From an uncultured Dehalococcoidia bacterium (GTDB lineage Bacteria > Chloroflexota > Dehalococcoidia > Lucifugimonadales > Australimonadaceae): a stretch of DNA of 64,000 nucleotides. Below, piece by piece: positions 1-9,327 of this stretch (positions are counted from its first letter, which is position 1; every line of letters begins with the position of its first letter). The notes beneath the pieces are model-generated. The model worked only from the letters and a program-made list of their open reading frames with translations. It was not told where the DNA came from and did no database searches. A program made the translations under genes and the position numbers. Where the stretch lies: NCBI GenBank assembly GCA_964560025.1, contig CAZLKC010000001.1, positions 89,010-153,009 of the forward strand, in the 5' to 3' direction.

Positions 1-1178
1 TCTTCATCAACCCTATGCGGGAGGACTTGGGGTTCGACCGCACCGTGTTCGGGTGGGCGTCGTCGGCGCGGACAGCGGGCGCGGCGCTCGGCGGCATCTT
101 CATCGGCAGGCTGATCGACCGCCATGGCGCACGCGTGCTGCTGGCGCTGTTCGGCGGCGGGGGCGCGCTGCTCATCGCCGCACTGGCCTACGTAACCACG
201 GAGTGGCACTTGGTGGCCGTCTACGCCATCGTCGGCCTGCTGGGCATGCAGGGCGGCGCGAACATCTACACCGGCCCCGTCGTCTCCAAGTGGTTCGTCC
301 GCAATCGCGCCCGCGCCATGTCGATGACCTACCTCGGCCTGCCTGTGGCGCTCATCGCCGCCTTTCCGCTCACGCAGCAGTTGATCGAGGCGTTCGGGTG
401 GCGCACGGCGTGGGCGGTCATCGGCCTCATCGGCGTCGCGCTCATCGTCCCCGCATCGCTCCTCTTCCTGCGCCGCCAGCCCGGCGACCTGGGCATGGGC
501 GTGGACGGCGGCGCTCCGGAGGCGCCGGAGGAGAGCGGCGCGGCGCCGTCCGAGGAGGCGGGGGAGCGGTCATGGACGCGCGGCGAGGCGCTGCGCTCGA
601 TGACCTTCTGGCGGCTGACGCTGGCGTTCGGCCTGCATATGGCGGGGCAGCAGTCGGTGTCGCTCTTCCGCTTTCCGCACTACGAGGATCAGGGCGTGAG
701 CGCGACGCTCATCGGCTACGCCGCGTCGCTGGAGGGCGTGGCGTCCATCGCGTCTGCCTTCACGGTCGCGTTCGTCGCGGGGCGCTTGGGCCTGCAATGG
801 ACGGCGGCGGTTGGATTCGCGCTGATGATCGCGTCGCACGTCTTCACCATCATCGCGTCCAACGGCGTGGAGGTAGCGGCAGCGGTGGCGCTGTTCGGCC
901 TGGCGGTTACCTACCTGGTCGTCGCGCAGAACCTCATTTACCCCGCCTTCTTCGGCAGGCGGCACATCGGCGCTATCCGAGGCGTATCGCTCGCCGTGTC
1001 GATGGGCTTGGGCGCCGTCTCCGCGCCCCTCACCGGCTACGTCGCCGACATCACCGGCGACTTCGCGCCGATCTGGTGGGGCGCGGTAGGCGTGCTAGCC
1101 CTCAGCGGCGTCCTAATAGCCACGACGAAAGCGCCCGCGCCAAAGCGCGATTCCCGCCTACCGGAGAGCGTTGCATAA
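1..1178 (+). CDS. MFS transporter, 5' end cut by window edge
   Basis: Track ORF 15..1178. The frame stays open back to base 3 (F-I-N-P before the first Met). Multi-helix hydrophobic profile with an MFS-like loop (GRLIDRHGAR). Only about 11 helices are visible, so the true start probably lies upstream of the window. Confidence 0.7.
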   Translation, partial: FINPMREDLGFDRTVFGWASSARTAGAALGGIFIGRLIDRHGARVLLALFGGGGALLIAALAYVTTEWHLVAVYAIVGLLGMQGGANIYTGPVVSKWFVRNRARAMSMTYLGLPVALIAAFPLTQQLIEAFGWRTAWAVIGLIGVALIVPASLLFLRRQPGDLGMGVDGGAPEAPEESGAAPSEEAGERSWTRGEALRSMTFWRLTLAFGLHMAGQQSVSLFRFPHYEDQGVSATLIGYAASLEGVASIASAFTVAFVAGRLGLQWTAAVGFALMIASHVFTIIASNGVEVAAAVALFGLAVTYLVVAQNLIYPAFFGRRHIGAIRGVSLAVSMGLGAVSAPLTGYVADITGDFAPIWWGAVGVLALSGVLIATTKAPAPKRDSRLPESVA

Positions 1179-1280
1179 GCGTGCCTCTCCCTCGTGCCTT
1201 ATGTCGTCGGGGCGGGTTTTGCAGTTGCAAAGCGCCACGCTTCAAGGGGTGCTCCAACCAGACACTATTAAGGCAACTGA

Positions 1281-2150
1281 GTGAAGACTGCTTCTAGCCC
1301 ACCCCCTCCCCTCTCCCGCTCCCTCTCCCCCACCCCTATCGTCGGCGACATCGCGTTTGCGGAGGGGCCGGCGTTCGACTGGCGGGGCGACCTGTACTTC
1401 GTGAACTACCGGCGCTTGGGGACTATCGGGCGGCTGCCCGCCGACGGGGGCGAGGCGGAGGTGTGGATAGAGACGGGCGGGCAGGCGAACGGGTTGAAGT
1501 GCGATTCGGCGGGGCGCATCGTGTGCGCCGACTTCGGCGCCAAGCGCGTAACGCGGTTCCACACGGCCACGCGCGCTATGGAGGTGCTGACCGATTCCTA
1601 CTGCGGCGAGGCGTACCTCGGGCCGAACGACCTGTGCCTCGACCGGGCGGGCAACGTCTACTTCTCCGACCCGGCGGGCAGTTCGGCGGAGTCGCCCGTC
1701 GGCGCGGTCTACCGCATCGCCATGGACGCGGCGGGGCGTCCCGGCGGCGTGCGGCGCGTCGCGGAGGGTCTCGCCTTCCCCAACGGCCTCGCCGTCCACC
1801 CCGACGGGCGGCGCTTGTTTGTCGCCGAGACGGGGACGAACAGCCTGCTCGCCTACGATCTGCTGCCCGATGGCGGACTTGCGAACAGGCGGACGGCGTT
1901 GGAGTTCGCCACGCCGAGCCTCGACGGGGTGGTATTCGACGAGCACGCGCGCCTGTGGGTCGCCCGCTGGGCGAACGGCACGGTGGACGCGGTGGACGTT
2001 GACGGGGGGCGCGTGCTCGCCTCCTACCCGGTGGGCGACCGCGCGACGAATCTGTGCTGGCGGGGCAAGGCTCTCTACGTAACGGTGGCGGGCTTGAACG
2101 CTGTCGTGCGGCTGGACGTAGGCGTGCGCGGCTATGACCCGGCGGGATAG
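1281..2150 (+). CDS. SMP-30/gluconolactonase/LRE-like beta-propeller hydrolase
   Basis: Track ORF. Motifs typical of the SGL family: GPNDLCLDRAGNVYFSD, FPNGLAVHPDGRRLFVAET, LDGVVFDEHARLWVA. The GTG start is uncertain. Confidence 0.75.
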   Translation: MKTASSPPPPLSRSLSPTPIVGDIAFAEGPAFDWRGDLYFVNYRRLGTIGRLPADGGEAEVWIETGGQANGLKCDSAGRIVCADFGAKRVTRFHTATRAMEVLTDSYCGEAYLGPNDLCLDRAGNVYFSDPAGSSAESPVGAVYRIAMDAAGRPGGVRRVAEGLAFPNGLAVHPDGRRLFVAETGTNSLLAYDLLPDGGLANRRTALEFATPSLDGVVFDEHARLWVARWANGTVDAVDVDGGRVLASYPVGDRATNLCWRGKALYVTVAGLNAVVRLDVGVRGYDPAG

Positions 2151-2250
2151 GCGCGCGGGGGCGTGTTGCGGGAAACGCGCCGCTTGCCGATAATGGCGGC
2201 GCCGCGCCCGCAGGCCGAACGGCGCGGCTGAAACGCAGGAGGCCCAACCC

Positions 2251-3120
2251 GTGCATCCCTTCCAGTACCTAGCGCCAACGTCGGTGGCGGAGGCCGTAGA
2301 CGCGCTGGCGCGTTACGGCGACCGCGCGCGAGCGCTCGCTGGCGGCACCGACGTGCTCGTGCAGACTCGAACCGGCCGCTTCAACCTCGACGCCGTCGTG
2401 GACGTGAAGCGCGTGCCCGAGGTGACGGCGCTGACGCTCGGCGAGGACAGCCTGAGCATCGGCGCGGCGGTTCCCTGCTACCGCATCTACGAGGACGCGG
2501 AGATAGCGGCGCTGTACCCGGGCATCATCGACGCGGCGTCGCTGATAGGCGGCATCCAGATACAGTCGCGCGCCAGCCTCGGCGGCAACCTATGCAACGC
2601 CTCACCCAGCGCGGACGGCATCTGCCCGCTCATCGTGCACTACGGGCAGGCGCACAGCGCGGGGCCGAACGGGCGGCGCTCCACGCCGGTCGAGGAGTTC
2701 TGCCTCGCGCCGGGGCAAACGGTGCTCGAACCGGGCGAATTCCTCGTCAGCATCGAACTGCCGCGTCCGGCGGCGGGATTCGGCGCGGCCTACCAGCGCT
2801 TCATCCCGCGCAACGAGATGGACATCGCCGTCGTGGGCGTCGGCAGTTCGCTCACGCTGAACGCGGCGGGCGACCGGATCGAATCGGCGCGCGTGGCGCT
2901 GGCCGCCGTCGGCCCCACGCCCATCCTCGCGCTCGAGGCGGGCGAGTCGCTCGTCGGCAAGCAGCCGGGCCTCGACGCCTTCCGCGAGGCGGGCGAACTG
3001 GCGGCGAACGCGGCGCGCCCCATCAGCGACATGCGCGGCGACGTCGCATTCCGCAAGGAACTGGTGCGCGTGCTCACGCGGCGCACCCTCACTACCGCAT
3101 TGGAGCGTGCCCAACTATGA
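2251..3120 (+). CDS. Molybdenum hydroxylase set 1, FAD-binding medium subunit (CoxM/XdhB-like)
   Basis: N-terminus MHPFQYLAPTSVAEAV..LAGGTDVLVQ and C-terminal DMRGDVAFRKELVRVL are typical of the FAD_binding_5/CO_deh_flav_C family. AGGAGG lies 8 nt upstream of the GTG. The stop overlaps the next start (ATGA). Confidence 0.9.
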   Translation: MHPFQYLAPTSVAEAVDALARYGDRARALAGGTDVLVQTRTGRFNLDAVVDVKRVPEVTALTLGEDSLSIGAAVPCYRIYEDAEIAALYPGIIDAASLIGGIQIQSRASLGGNLCNASPSADGICPLIVHYGQAHSAGPNGRRSTPVEEFCLAPGQTVLEPGEFLVSIELPRPAAGFGAAYQRFIPRNEMDIAVVGVGSSLTLNAAGDRIESARVALAAVGPTPILALEAGESLVGKQPGLDAFREAGELAANAARPISDMRGDVAFRKELVRVLTRRTLTTALERAQL

Positions 3121-3599
3121 CCACGGCGCCGGCCTCCCAGAAGATCATCCTGAACACGACCGTCAACGGACAGGAGCACCAGTTGCTCGTCGCGCCCTAT
3201 CACAGCCTGTTGGAGGCGCTGCGCGAGGCGGCGGGCCTAACGGGCGTGAAGGAGGGGTGCAACGACGGCAACTGCGGCGCGTGCACGGTGTCGCTCGACG
3301 GGCGCATCGTCGACTCGTGCCTCGTCCTCGCCGCGGAGGCGGAGGGCAAGCAGGTGCAGACGGTGGAAGGAATCGCGCCGGACGGCCAGACGCTTCACCC
3401 GCTGCAACAGGCGTTCTTGGAGGAGGCGGCGCTCCAGTGCGGCATCTGCACGCCGGGTTTCCTGGTGGCGGCCAAGGCGCTGCTCGACCGCGAGCCGGAC
3501 GCCGACGAAGACCGCATCCGCCTGTGGCTGGCGGGCAACCTATGCCGCTGCACGGGCTACGACAAGATCATCCGCGCCGTCCAAAAGGCGCAGGGCTAG
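3117..3599 (+). CDS. Molybdenum hydroxylase set 1, [2Fe-2S] small subunit (CoxS-like)
   Basis: Internal start MTTAPASQKIILNTTVNG within track ORF 2592..3599; the upstream 175 codons overlap the M1 gene and are Arg/Gly-rich filler. Cys motifs CNDGNCGACTV, QCGICTPGF and NLCRCTGY are present. Confidence 0.9.
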   Translation: MTTAPASQKIILNTTVNGQEHQLLVAPYHSLLEALREAAGLTGVKEGCNDGNCGACTVSLDGRIVDSCLVLAAEAEGKQVQTVEGIAPDGQTLHPLQQAFLEEAALQCGICTPGFLVAAKALLDREPDADEDRIRLWLAGNLCRCTGYDKIIRAVQKAQG

Positions 3600-3637
3600 A
3601 CGCCGCCCATCACCTTCACCCCAGGAGCAGACGACCT

Positions 3638-5929
3638 ATGACCACCATCGAGCAGCCCAAAGAGTACAAGGTCATCGGCACGCGGCCCATCAGGCACGAC
3701 GGGCTGGACAAGGTCATCGGCAAGGCGCAGTACGGCGCCGACCTGAAGCTCCCCGGCATGATCTGGGGCGCCCTGGCGCGCAGCCCCTACGCCCACGCGC
3801 GCATCAAGCGCATCGACACCTCCAAGGCGGAGCAGGCGCCGGGCGTGATGGCCGTCATCACCGGCGCAGACATGCCCGTGGCCGAGGCCATCGAGATTGA
3901 GACGGGCGAAGATGTCACCAACCTCGCCCACGCCAGCGACAAACTCATGGCGCGCGACAAGGTGGTCTACAAGGGGCACCCGGTGGCCGCCGTCGCCGCC
4001 GCCGACCAGAACGCCGCCGTCGAAGCGGCGCGCCTCATCGAGGTGGAGTACGAGGTGCTGCAACCCGTGCTGACGGTGGACGAGGCCATGGCGCCCGGCG
4101 CGCCCCTGGTGCACGAGGACTACCCCGGCAAAGACCTGGGCGAGGAGACGCGCAACACCAACGTCGCCGACCACTTCCGCCACGAGACGGGCGACGTGGC
4201 GGCGGGGTTCGCGGAGGCGTCGGTGGTCGTGGAGCGCGAGTTCGAGTTGACGATGGTGCACCAGGGCTACATCGAGCCCCACAACGCCACCGCCATCTGG
4301 AAGTCGGACGGCAAGATCGAGATATGGACATCCACGCAAGGCGCGTTCGGCGTGCGCAACTCCGTCGCGCCCATCCTGCGCGTGCCGGACACGGACATCC
4401 GCGTAACGCCGCTGGAGATCGGCGGCGGGTTCGGCGGCAAGATCCCCATCTACCTCGAACCCATCTGCGCGATGCTCTCCAAGAAGGCGGGGCGTCCCGT
4501 CAAGATCGTGATGGACCGCAAGTCGGTGTTCGAGGCGACCGGCCCGACGCCCGGCGGGCGTATCCGCGTGAAGATGGGCGCAAACGACAAGGGCGACATC
4601 ACCGCCGCCGAGGTTGACCTCTACTACGAGGCGGGCGCCTACCCCGGCTCGCCCGTCGGCGCGGGCGCGATGTGCGCCCTTGCCTGCTACCGCGTCACCA
4701 ACGCGCGCGTCGACGGCTACGACGTGCTCGTCAACAAGCCTAAGACCGCCGCCTACCGCGCCCCCGGCGCGACCCAAGCCGCCTACGCCGTCGAGTCGGT
4801 GGTGGACGAGATATGCCAGGCGCTCGGCATCGACCCGCTCGACTTCCGCCTGCACAACGCGACGCGCGAAGGCGACCGCCGCGCCGACGGCCCCGTCTAT
4901 CCGCGCATCGGCAACCTCGAGCAACTCCAAGCGCTCAAGGACTCACCCCACTACCGCACGCCCCTCGAGCGCGAGGGCGCGGACGGCAAGCTGCGCGGGC
5001 GCGGCGTCGCCAACGGCTTCTGGTTCAACGGCGGCATGCAGTCCTGCGTAACCATCAACGTCAACAGCGACGGCGAGGTCGGCCTCGTCGAAGGCTCCGT
5101 CGACATCGGCGGCACCCGCGCCTCCATCGCCATGCAAGCCGCCGAGGTGCTCGGCCTCAAGGCGGAGGAGGTGCACCCCGTCGTCGTGGACACCGACAGC
5201 GTCGGCTACACCGATATGACCGGCGGCAGCCGCACCACGAACGCCACCGGCTACGCCGCGTACCTCGCCGCGCAGAACGTCATCGCCGGAATGAAGGAGC
5301 GCGCCGCCATCCTCTGGGAGAGCAACGCGGACGACGTGGAGTTCGAGGACGGCGTCTTTTCCAGCAAGCACGACTCGGAGCTCAAGATCACCTTCAAGGA
5401 ACTGGCCGCCAAGCTCACCGAGACCGGCGGGCCTCTCGCCGCCAGCGGCTCCATCCGCCAGCGCGGCAGCGGCGGCGGTTTCGGCGCCCACCTCGTGGAT
5501 GTGGAGATTGACCCCGAAACGGGCAAGGTGGACGTGATCCGCTACACCGCCGCGCAGGACGTGGGCAAGGCCATCCATCCCTCCTACGTGGAAGGGCAGA
5601 TACAGGGCGGCGCCGCGCAGGGCATCGGCTGGGCGCTCAACGAGGAGTACTTCTGGAGCGACCAGGGCGTGATGGAGAACTCCACCTTCCTCGACTACCG
5701 CATGCCGACGGCGCTCGACCTGCCGATGATCGACACGATTGTCGTCGAGGTGCCGAACCCCACCCACCCCTTCGGCGTGCGCGGCGTCGGCGAGACGCCC
5801 ATCGTCGCCCCCGTCGGCGCGGTCGCCAACGCGATCCACGACGCGGTGGGCGTGCGCCTCACCCAAGCGCCGATGAAGCCGCAGCGCGTCCTCGCCGCCA
5901 TCAAGGAGAAGAACGGTAACGGCGCGTAA
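3638..5929 (+). CDS. Molybdenum hydroxylase set 1, molybdopterin-binding large subunit (763 aa)
   Basis: Start MTTIEQPKEYKVIGTRPIRHDG within track ORF 3107..5929. Contains EIGGGFGGK, GVRGVGETPIV and other Ald_Xan_dh_C/C2-type motifs. I did not see the AYxCSFR motif of genuine form I CO dehydrogenases. Confidence 0.9.
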   Translation: MTTIEQPKEYKVIGTRPIRHDGLDKVIGKAQYGADLKLPGMIWGALARSPYAHARIKRIDTSKAEQAPGVMAVITGADMPVAEAIEIETGEDVTNLAHASDKLMARDKVVYKGHPVAAVAAADQNAAVEAARLIEVEYEVLQPVLTVDEAMAPGAPLVHEDYPGKDLGEETRNTNVADHFRHETGDVAAGFAEASVVVEREFELTMVHQGYIEPHNATAIWKSDGKIEIWTSTQGAFGVRNSVAPILRVPDTDIRVTPLEIGGGFGGKIPIYLEPICAMLSKKAGRPVKIVMDRKSVFEATGPTPGGRIRVKMGANDKGDITAAEVDLYYEAGAYPGSPVGAGAMCALACYRVTNARVDGYDVLVNKPKTAAYRAPGATQAAYAVESVVDEICQALGIDPLDFRLHNATREGDRRADGPVYPRIGNLEQLQALKDSPHYRTPLEREGADGKLRGRGVANGFWFNGGMQSCVTINVNSDGEVGLVEGSVDIGGTRASIAMQAAEVLGLKAEEVHPVVVDTDSVGYTDMTGGSRTTNATGYAAYLAAQNVIAGMKERAAILWESNADDVEFEDGVFSSKHDSELKITFKELAAKLTETGGPLAASGSIRQRGSGGGFGAHLVDVEIDPETGKVDVIRYTAAQDVGKAIHPSYVEGQIQGGAAQGIGWALNEEYFWSDQGVMENSTFLDYRMPTALDLPMIDTIVVEVPNPTHPFGVRGVGETPIVAPVGAVANAIHDAVGVRLTQAPMKPQRVLAAIKEKNGNGA

Positions 5930-5933
5930 CCGC

Positions 5934-6197
5934 ATGCCGACCCTCTTCATTCCCATCCATTTGCGCAAGTTCACCGGCGGCGCGGAGCGCGTGGAGGTCG
6001 AGGGCGTGACGCTCCGCCGCGCGCTCGCTCAATTGACCGAACTCTACCCGGCTTTGGTGGCCGAAATCGTCCAGGGCGACCGCATCCGCCCTGGCCTCGC
6101 CGCAGTGGTGGACGGCGAACAGACGGTGGAGGGGCTGCGCGCGCCCCTCAAGCCCGCCTCCGAGGTCCACTTTCTGCGTCCCATCTCCGGGGGCTGA
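5934..6197 (+). CDS. MoaD/ThiS-family ubiquitin-like sulfur-carrier protein (C-terminal Gly-Gly)
   Basis: 87 aa ending ...EVHFLRPISGG-stop, the MoaD/ThiS pattern (PxSGG). It starts 5 nt after the L1 stop codon. Confidence 0.65.
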   Translation: MPTLFIPIHLRKFTGGAERVEVEGVTLRRALAQLTELYPALVAEIVQGDRIRPGLAAVVDGEQTVEGLRAPLKPASEVHFLRPISGG

Positions 6198-6207
6198 TGC
6201 TGCGCCT

Positions 6208-7368
6208 ATGAGACTCGCCGCCCGCATGTCGCGCTTGGGAACGGAGACGGCGTTCGAGGCGCTTGCGCGCGCCAGGGCGCTCGAGGCGCAGGGCCGCAGC
6301 ATCATTCACCTCGGCATCGGCGAGCCCGACTTCGACACGCCGGAGCACGTCCGCGACGCGGCCAAGCAGGCGCTCGACCAGGGCCACACGCACTACACGC
6401 CGTCGCCCGGCGTTATGGAGGTGCGCGAGGCCATTGCGCGCCATCAGACGCTGCGCCAGGGCTACGAAGTCTCGCCCGGCAGCGTCATCGTAACCCCCGG
6501 CGGTAAGCCCGTTATGTTCTTCACCATCCTCGCCCTCGCCGAACCGGGCGACGAGGTCATCTATCCCAACCCCGGCTTCCCCATCTACGAATCGATGATC
6601 CGCTTCGCCGGGGCGGCGCCTGTGGCGTGGCCGCTGCGCGAAGAGAACGATTTCGCCGCCGACGTGGACGAACTGCGCTCGCTGATCTCGCCGCGCACCA
6701 AACTCATCATCGTCAACTCGCCCAACAACCCTTGCGGCAGCGTGATTCCTCCCGACGGCCTGCGCCGCATCGCCGAGATAGCGAACGAGGCGGACGCGGT
6801 CGTGCTGAGCGACGAGATCTACAAAGACTTCTACTTCGAGGGCGAGCACGTCTCCATCACCGGCTTCCCTGGGATGCGCGAGCGCAGCGTCATCCTGGAC
6901 GGCCTCTCCAAGTCCTACGCAATGACGGGCTGGCGTCTCGGCTACGGCGTCTTCCCCGATCCGCTGGTGGAGCCGGTGTCGCGCCTGATGACCAACAGCG
7001 TCTCCTGCACGGCGGCGTTCACGCAGATGGCCGCCATCACCGCGCTCGAGGCGCCGCAAGACGGCGTGCGGGTGATGGTGGAGGAGTTCGCGGAGCGCCG
7101 CGACATCATCGTCGACGGCCTCAACGCGCTGCCCGGCGTGCGCTGCCTCACGCCCAAGGGCGCGTTCTACGCCTTCCCCAACGTCGAGGGCACGGGCTTA
7201 TCGAGCCAGGAGTTCGAGCGCACGATGCTGAACGACGCGGGCGTCTCGCTGCTCTCCGGCACGGCGTTCGGCGAACTGGGCCAGGGCTACGTCCGCATCT
7301 CCTTCGCCAACTCCGCCCCCAATCTCCGCGAAGCGCTAGCGCGTATGGAGCGAGTGTTGGCGGGGTAG
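6208..7368 (+). CDS. Class I/II pyridoxal-phosphate aminotransferase (aspartate aminotransferase-like)
   Basis: GIGEPDFDTP, NSPNNPCG and the PLP-lysine context LSKSYAMTGWRLGY. Confidence 0.9.
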   Translation: MRLAARMSRLGTETAFEALARARALEAQGRSIIHLGIGEPDFDTPEHVRDAAKQALDQGHTHYTPSPGVMEVREAIARHQTLRQGYEVSPGSVIVTPGGKPVMFFTILALAEPGDEVIYPNPGFPIYESMIRFAGAAPVAWPLREENDFAADVDELRSLISPRTKLIIVNSPNNPCGSVIPPDGLRRIAEIANEADAVVLSDEIYKDFYFEGEHVSITGFPGMRERSVILDGLSKSYAMTGWRLGYGVFPDPLVEPVSRLMTNSVSCTAAFTQMAAITALEAPQDGVRVMVEEFAERRDIIVDGLNALPGVRCLTPKGAFYAFPNVEGTGLSSQEFERTMLNDAGVSLLSGTAFGELGQGYVRISFANSAPNLREALARMERVLAG

Positions 7369-7387
7369 CGGAGAGGGGGCGCCTCTC

Positions 7388-7420
7388 CGTTCGCCCTTCG
7401 AGTTCCCTCAGGGCGAACGG
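7388..7420. repeat. Dispersed palindromic repeat, copy A (hairpin CCGTTCGCCCT-N11-AGGGCGAACGG)
   Basis: Perfect 11-bp inverted arms at 7388-7398 and 7410-7420. Lies between the aminotransferase stop and the next gene. Same family as copies at 32759, 44761, 45772, 54778, 62149 and 63758. Confidence 0.75.
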
Positions 7421-7456
7421 ATAAGGGCGCGGGCTATACTTGAGGGCAGAGGGCGA

Positions 7457-7816
7457 TTGGCTATGGGAACCTTCACGAGCGCGATACGGGTAACGGGCAT
7501 GGACGGCCTGCGCTCCGCCGACGTTGAGGCGGTGGTGGACACGGGCGCGGCCTGCACGACGCTGCCCGGCCGCCTGCTGGGCGAGTTGGGCGTCGCGCCT
7601 ATGGGCAATCGTCGTTTCCTGCTAGCCGACGGCCGCCGCACCGATATGGACTACGGCCGGGCTTGGGTGACCATTGATGGCGAGAGCGAGGTAACTATCG
7701 TAGTCTTCGGCGAGGACAAGGCACCTGCCTTGCTAGGCGCATACACGTTGGAGGGCCTGGCCCTGGCCGGCCCCGTGGCGCGACGCCTCGTCCCGACCAA
7801 CCTGATTATGTACTAG
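7457..7816 (+). CDS. Retropepsin-like (clan AA) single-domain aspartic protease
   Basis: 119 aa with the catalytic-type motif VVDTGAACTTLP and a later ...LLGAYTLEGL flap-like segment, as in bacterial gag-polyprotein-like aspartyl protease domains. Confidence 0.55.
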   Translation: MAMGTFTSAIRVTGMDGLRSADVEAVVDTGAACTTLPGRLLGELGVAPMGNRRFLLADGRRTDMDYGRAWVTIDGESEVTIVVFGEDKAPALLGAYTLEGLALAGPVARRLVPTNLIMY

Positions 7817-7846
7817 GCACCCAGGGATACAGGCCTCGCGCCTGCC

Positions 7847-9322
7847 CTATTCCGTCCGCCGCGCTCGGGGCACGCCTCGGCGCACCTTGCCGTCGGGCGT
7901 GAAGAGGTCGGGCCATTGGGCGCGGAGGGCGTCGGCCTCGGCGCGCGTCTTGCGGGCGACGCCGGGGAACGACGTGAGGCGGTCGTAGGGGCGGCAGGCG
8001 TCGATGACCATGCGGTTGTTGTAGTAGCGCCCCGCTTCGCCTCCGTAAGACATCGGGTCGAGCGACGTGCTCCACATCTTGCGCAGTACGTCGACATCCT
8101 CCGTAACCTCCGTGCGCGTGCAGAGCGCCCACAGCACCTCGTTCGTGTCGGTGGGGTCGATGTCGTCGTCCACGACGATGACGAAGCGATTGGCGTAGGC
8201 GCCCGCGTGGACGGAGGTCGCCGCGTGGCCCACCTGCTTGGCGTGGCCGGGGTAGAGCTGAGTTACGGCGACGACGTTGAGCAGGCGTCCGCCGCCCGCC
8301 TCGTGCGACCACGCGCCGACGATGCCGGGGATGCCCGCGCGCTCCAACTCGTTCCATAGCAGTGCGGCGCGCATCGGGCTGCGGAAGTAGGTGTTGTCGT
8401 TCGGCGGCTTGCCGGGGAGACAGCCGAGCACGATGGGGTCGTTGCGCCACAGCACGGACGAGACGTTGATGACGGGCATCTCCCGCTCGCCGCCCGCGTA
8501 GTAGCCCGTCCACTCACCGAACGGCCCTTCCGCATGCGTCTCACCGATAGGAATCTCGCCCTCGATGACCAACTCCGACGTTGCGGGGACGGGCAAGCCC
8601 GTCTCCGGCGCCGCGATAACCTCGAGCGCCTCTCCGCGCACGCCGCCCGCGACGGCGTACTCGTCCACGCCGTAGTCCACCTCGATGCCGCCGAGCACCA
8701 GCAGCAGCGGGTCGTGGCCGAACGAGACGGCCACCGGGCACGCCTCGCCGCGCGCCCAATACTTGTCGCGGATGAGCCGTCCGTGCTTGCCCGGCGAGAT
8801 CATGATGCCCAGCGTCTTCTCGTCGTGCACTTGCACGCGATAGGTTCCCGCGTTCACCCAGCCGGTGTCCGGGTCCTTCGTCAGCACGATGCAGCCGGTG
8901 CCCAGGAAGCGCCCGCCGTCGTCCGTGTGCCACAACGGAGCGGGGAATTGGGTAACGTCGACGCGCTCCCCCACGGCGCGGTTCTCCAACACCGGGCCGT
9001 CCTCCACCAGCACGGGCGGGAGAGGCTCCATCCGTTGGATCCTGTCGCGCCACTCGCGGACGAACTCCTGCCGCGTCAGGTGCGTGGGCAGTCCGAGCGT
9101 GAGCAGCACGCGGGGCAGCGAGGTCAGCACATTGGCGGCGAGACGATGCCCGTCCGCGTGTCCCTTGATGCGCTCGAAGAGCAGCGCGGGGTTCTCCATC
9201 TCCCACTGGAACAGATCGACGATGCCGCCCAACTCGAGGTGCGGGTCGGCGCCCTCGACGCGGGTCAGTTCGCCCAGCGCCTCGACTCGCCCCAGCCACT
9301 CGCGCAGGTCTCCCACGGCCAT
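7847..9322 (-). CDS. ubiD: UbiD-family (prFMN-dependent) reversible decarboxylase
   Basis: 491 aa. The N-terminus DLREWLGRVEALGELTRVEGADPHLELGGI is the UbiD signature pattern. Length and the motifs GTYRVQVHD and GPFGEWTGYY fit the family. Confidence 0.9.
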   Translation of the reverse strand: MAVGDLREWLGRVEALGELTRVEGADPHLELGGIVDLFQWEMENPALLFERIKGHADGHRLAANVLTSLPRVLLTLGLPTHLTRQEFVREWRDRIQRMEPLPPVLVEDGPVLENRAVGERVDVTQFPAPLWHTDDGGRFLGTGCIVLTKDPDTGWVNAGTYRVQVHDEKTLGIMISPGKHGRLIRDKYWARGEACPVAVSFGHDPLLLVLGGIEVDYGVDEYAVAGGVRGEALEVIAAPETGLPVPATSELVIEGEIPIGETHAEGPFGEWTGYYAGGEREMPVINVSSVLWRNDPIVLGCLPGKPPNDNTYFRSPMRAALLWNELERAGIPGIVGAWSHEAGGGRLLNVVAVTQLYPGHAKQVGHAATSVHAGAYANRFVIVVDDDIDPTDTNEVLWALCTRTEVTEDVDVLRKMWSTSLDPMSYGGEAGRYYNNRMVIDACRPYDRLTSFPGVARKTRAEADALRAQWPDLFTPDGKVRRGVPRARRTE

Positions 9323-9327
9323 AGCGC

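Noticed and set aside
2151-2250. Possible Moco riboswitch upstream of hydroxylase set 1
   Set aside because: The region is only 100 nt, and I could not recognise the conserved Moco-RNA motifs or its multi-stem architecture.
3107-3637. Long N-terminal extensions of track ORFs (3107..5929, 2592..3599, 11616..12248, 12182..14485, 16098..18632, 26017..27876, 34193..35569, 47038..48747, 57008..58741, 50234..53167, 32799..34013)
   Set aside because: The extensions overlap the preceding gene and are Arg/Pro-rich. Internal starts give canonical family N-termini, usually with an SD sequence or an ATGA/GTGA coupling overlap.
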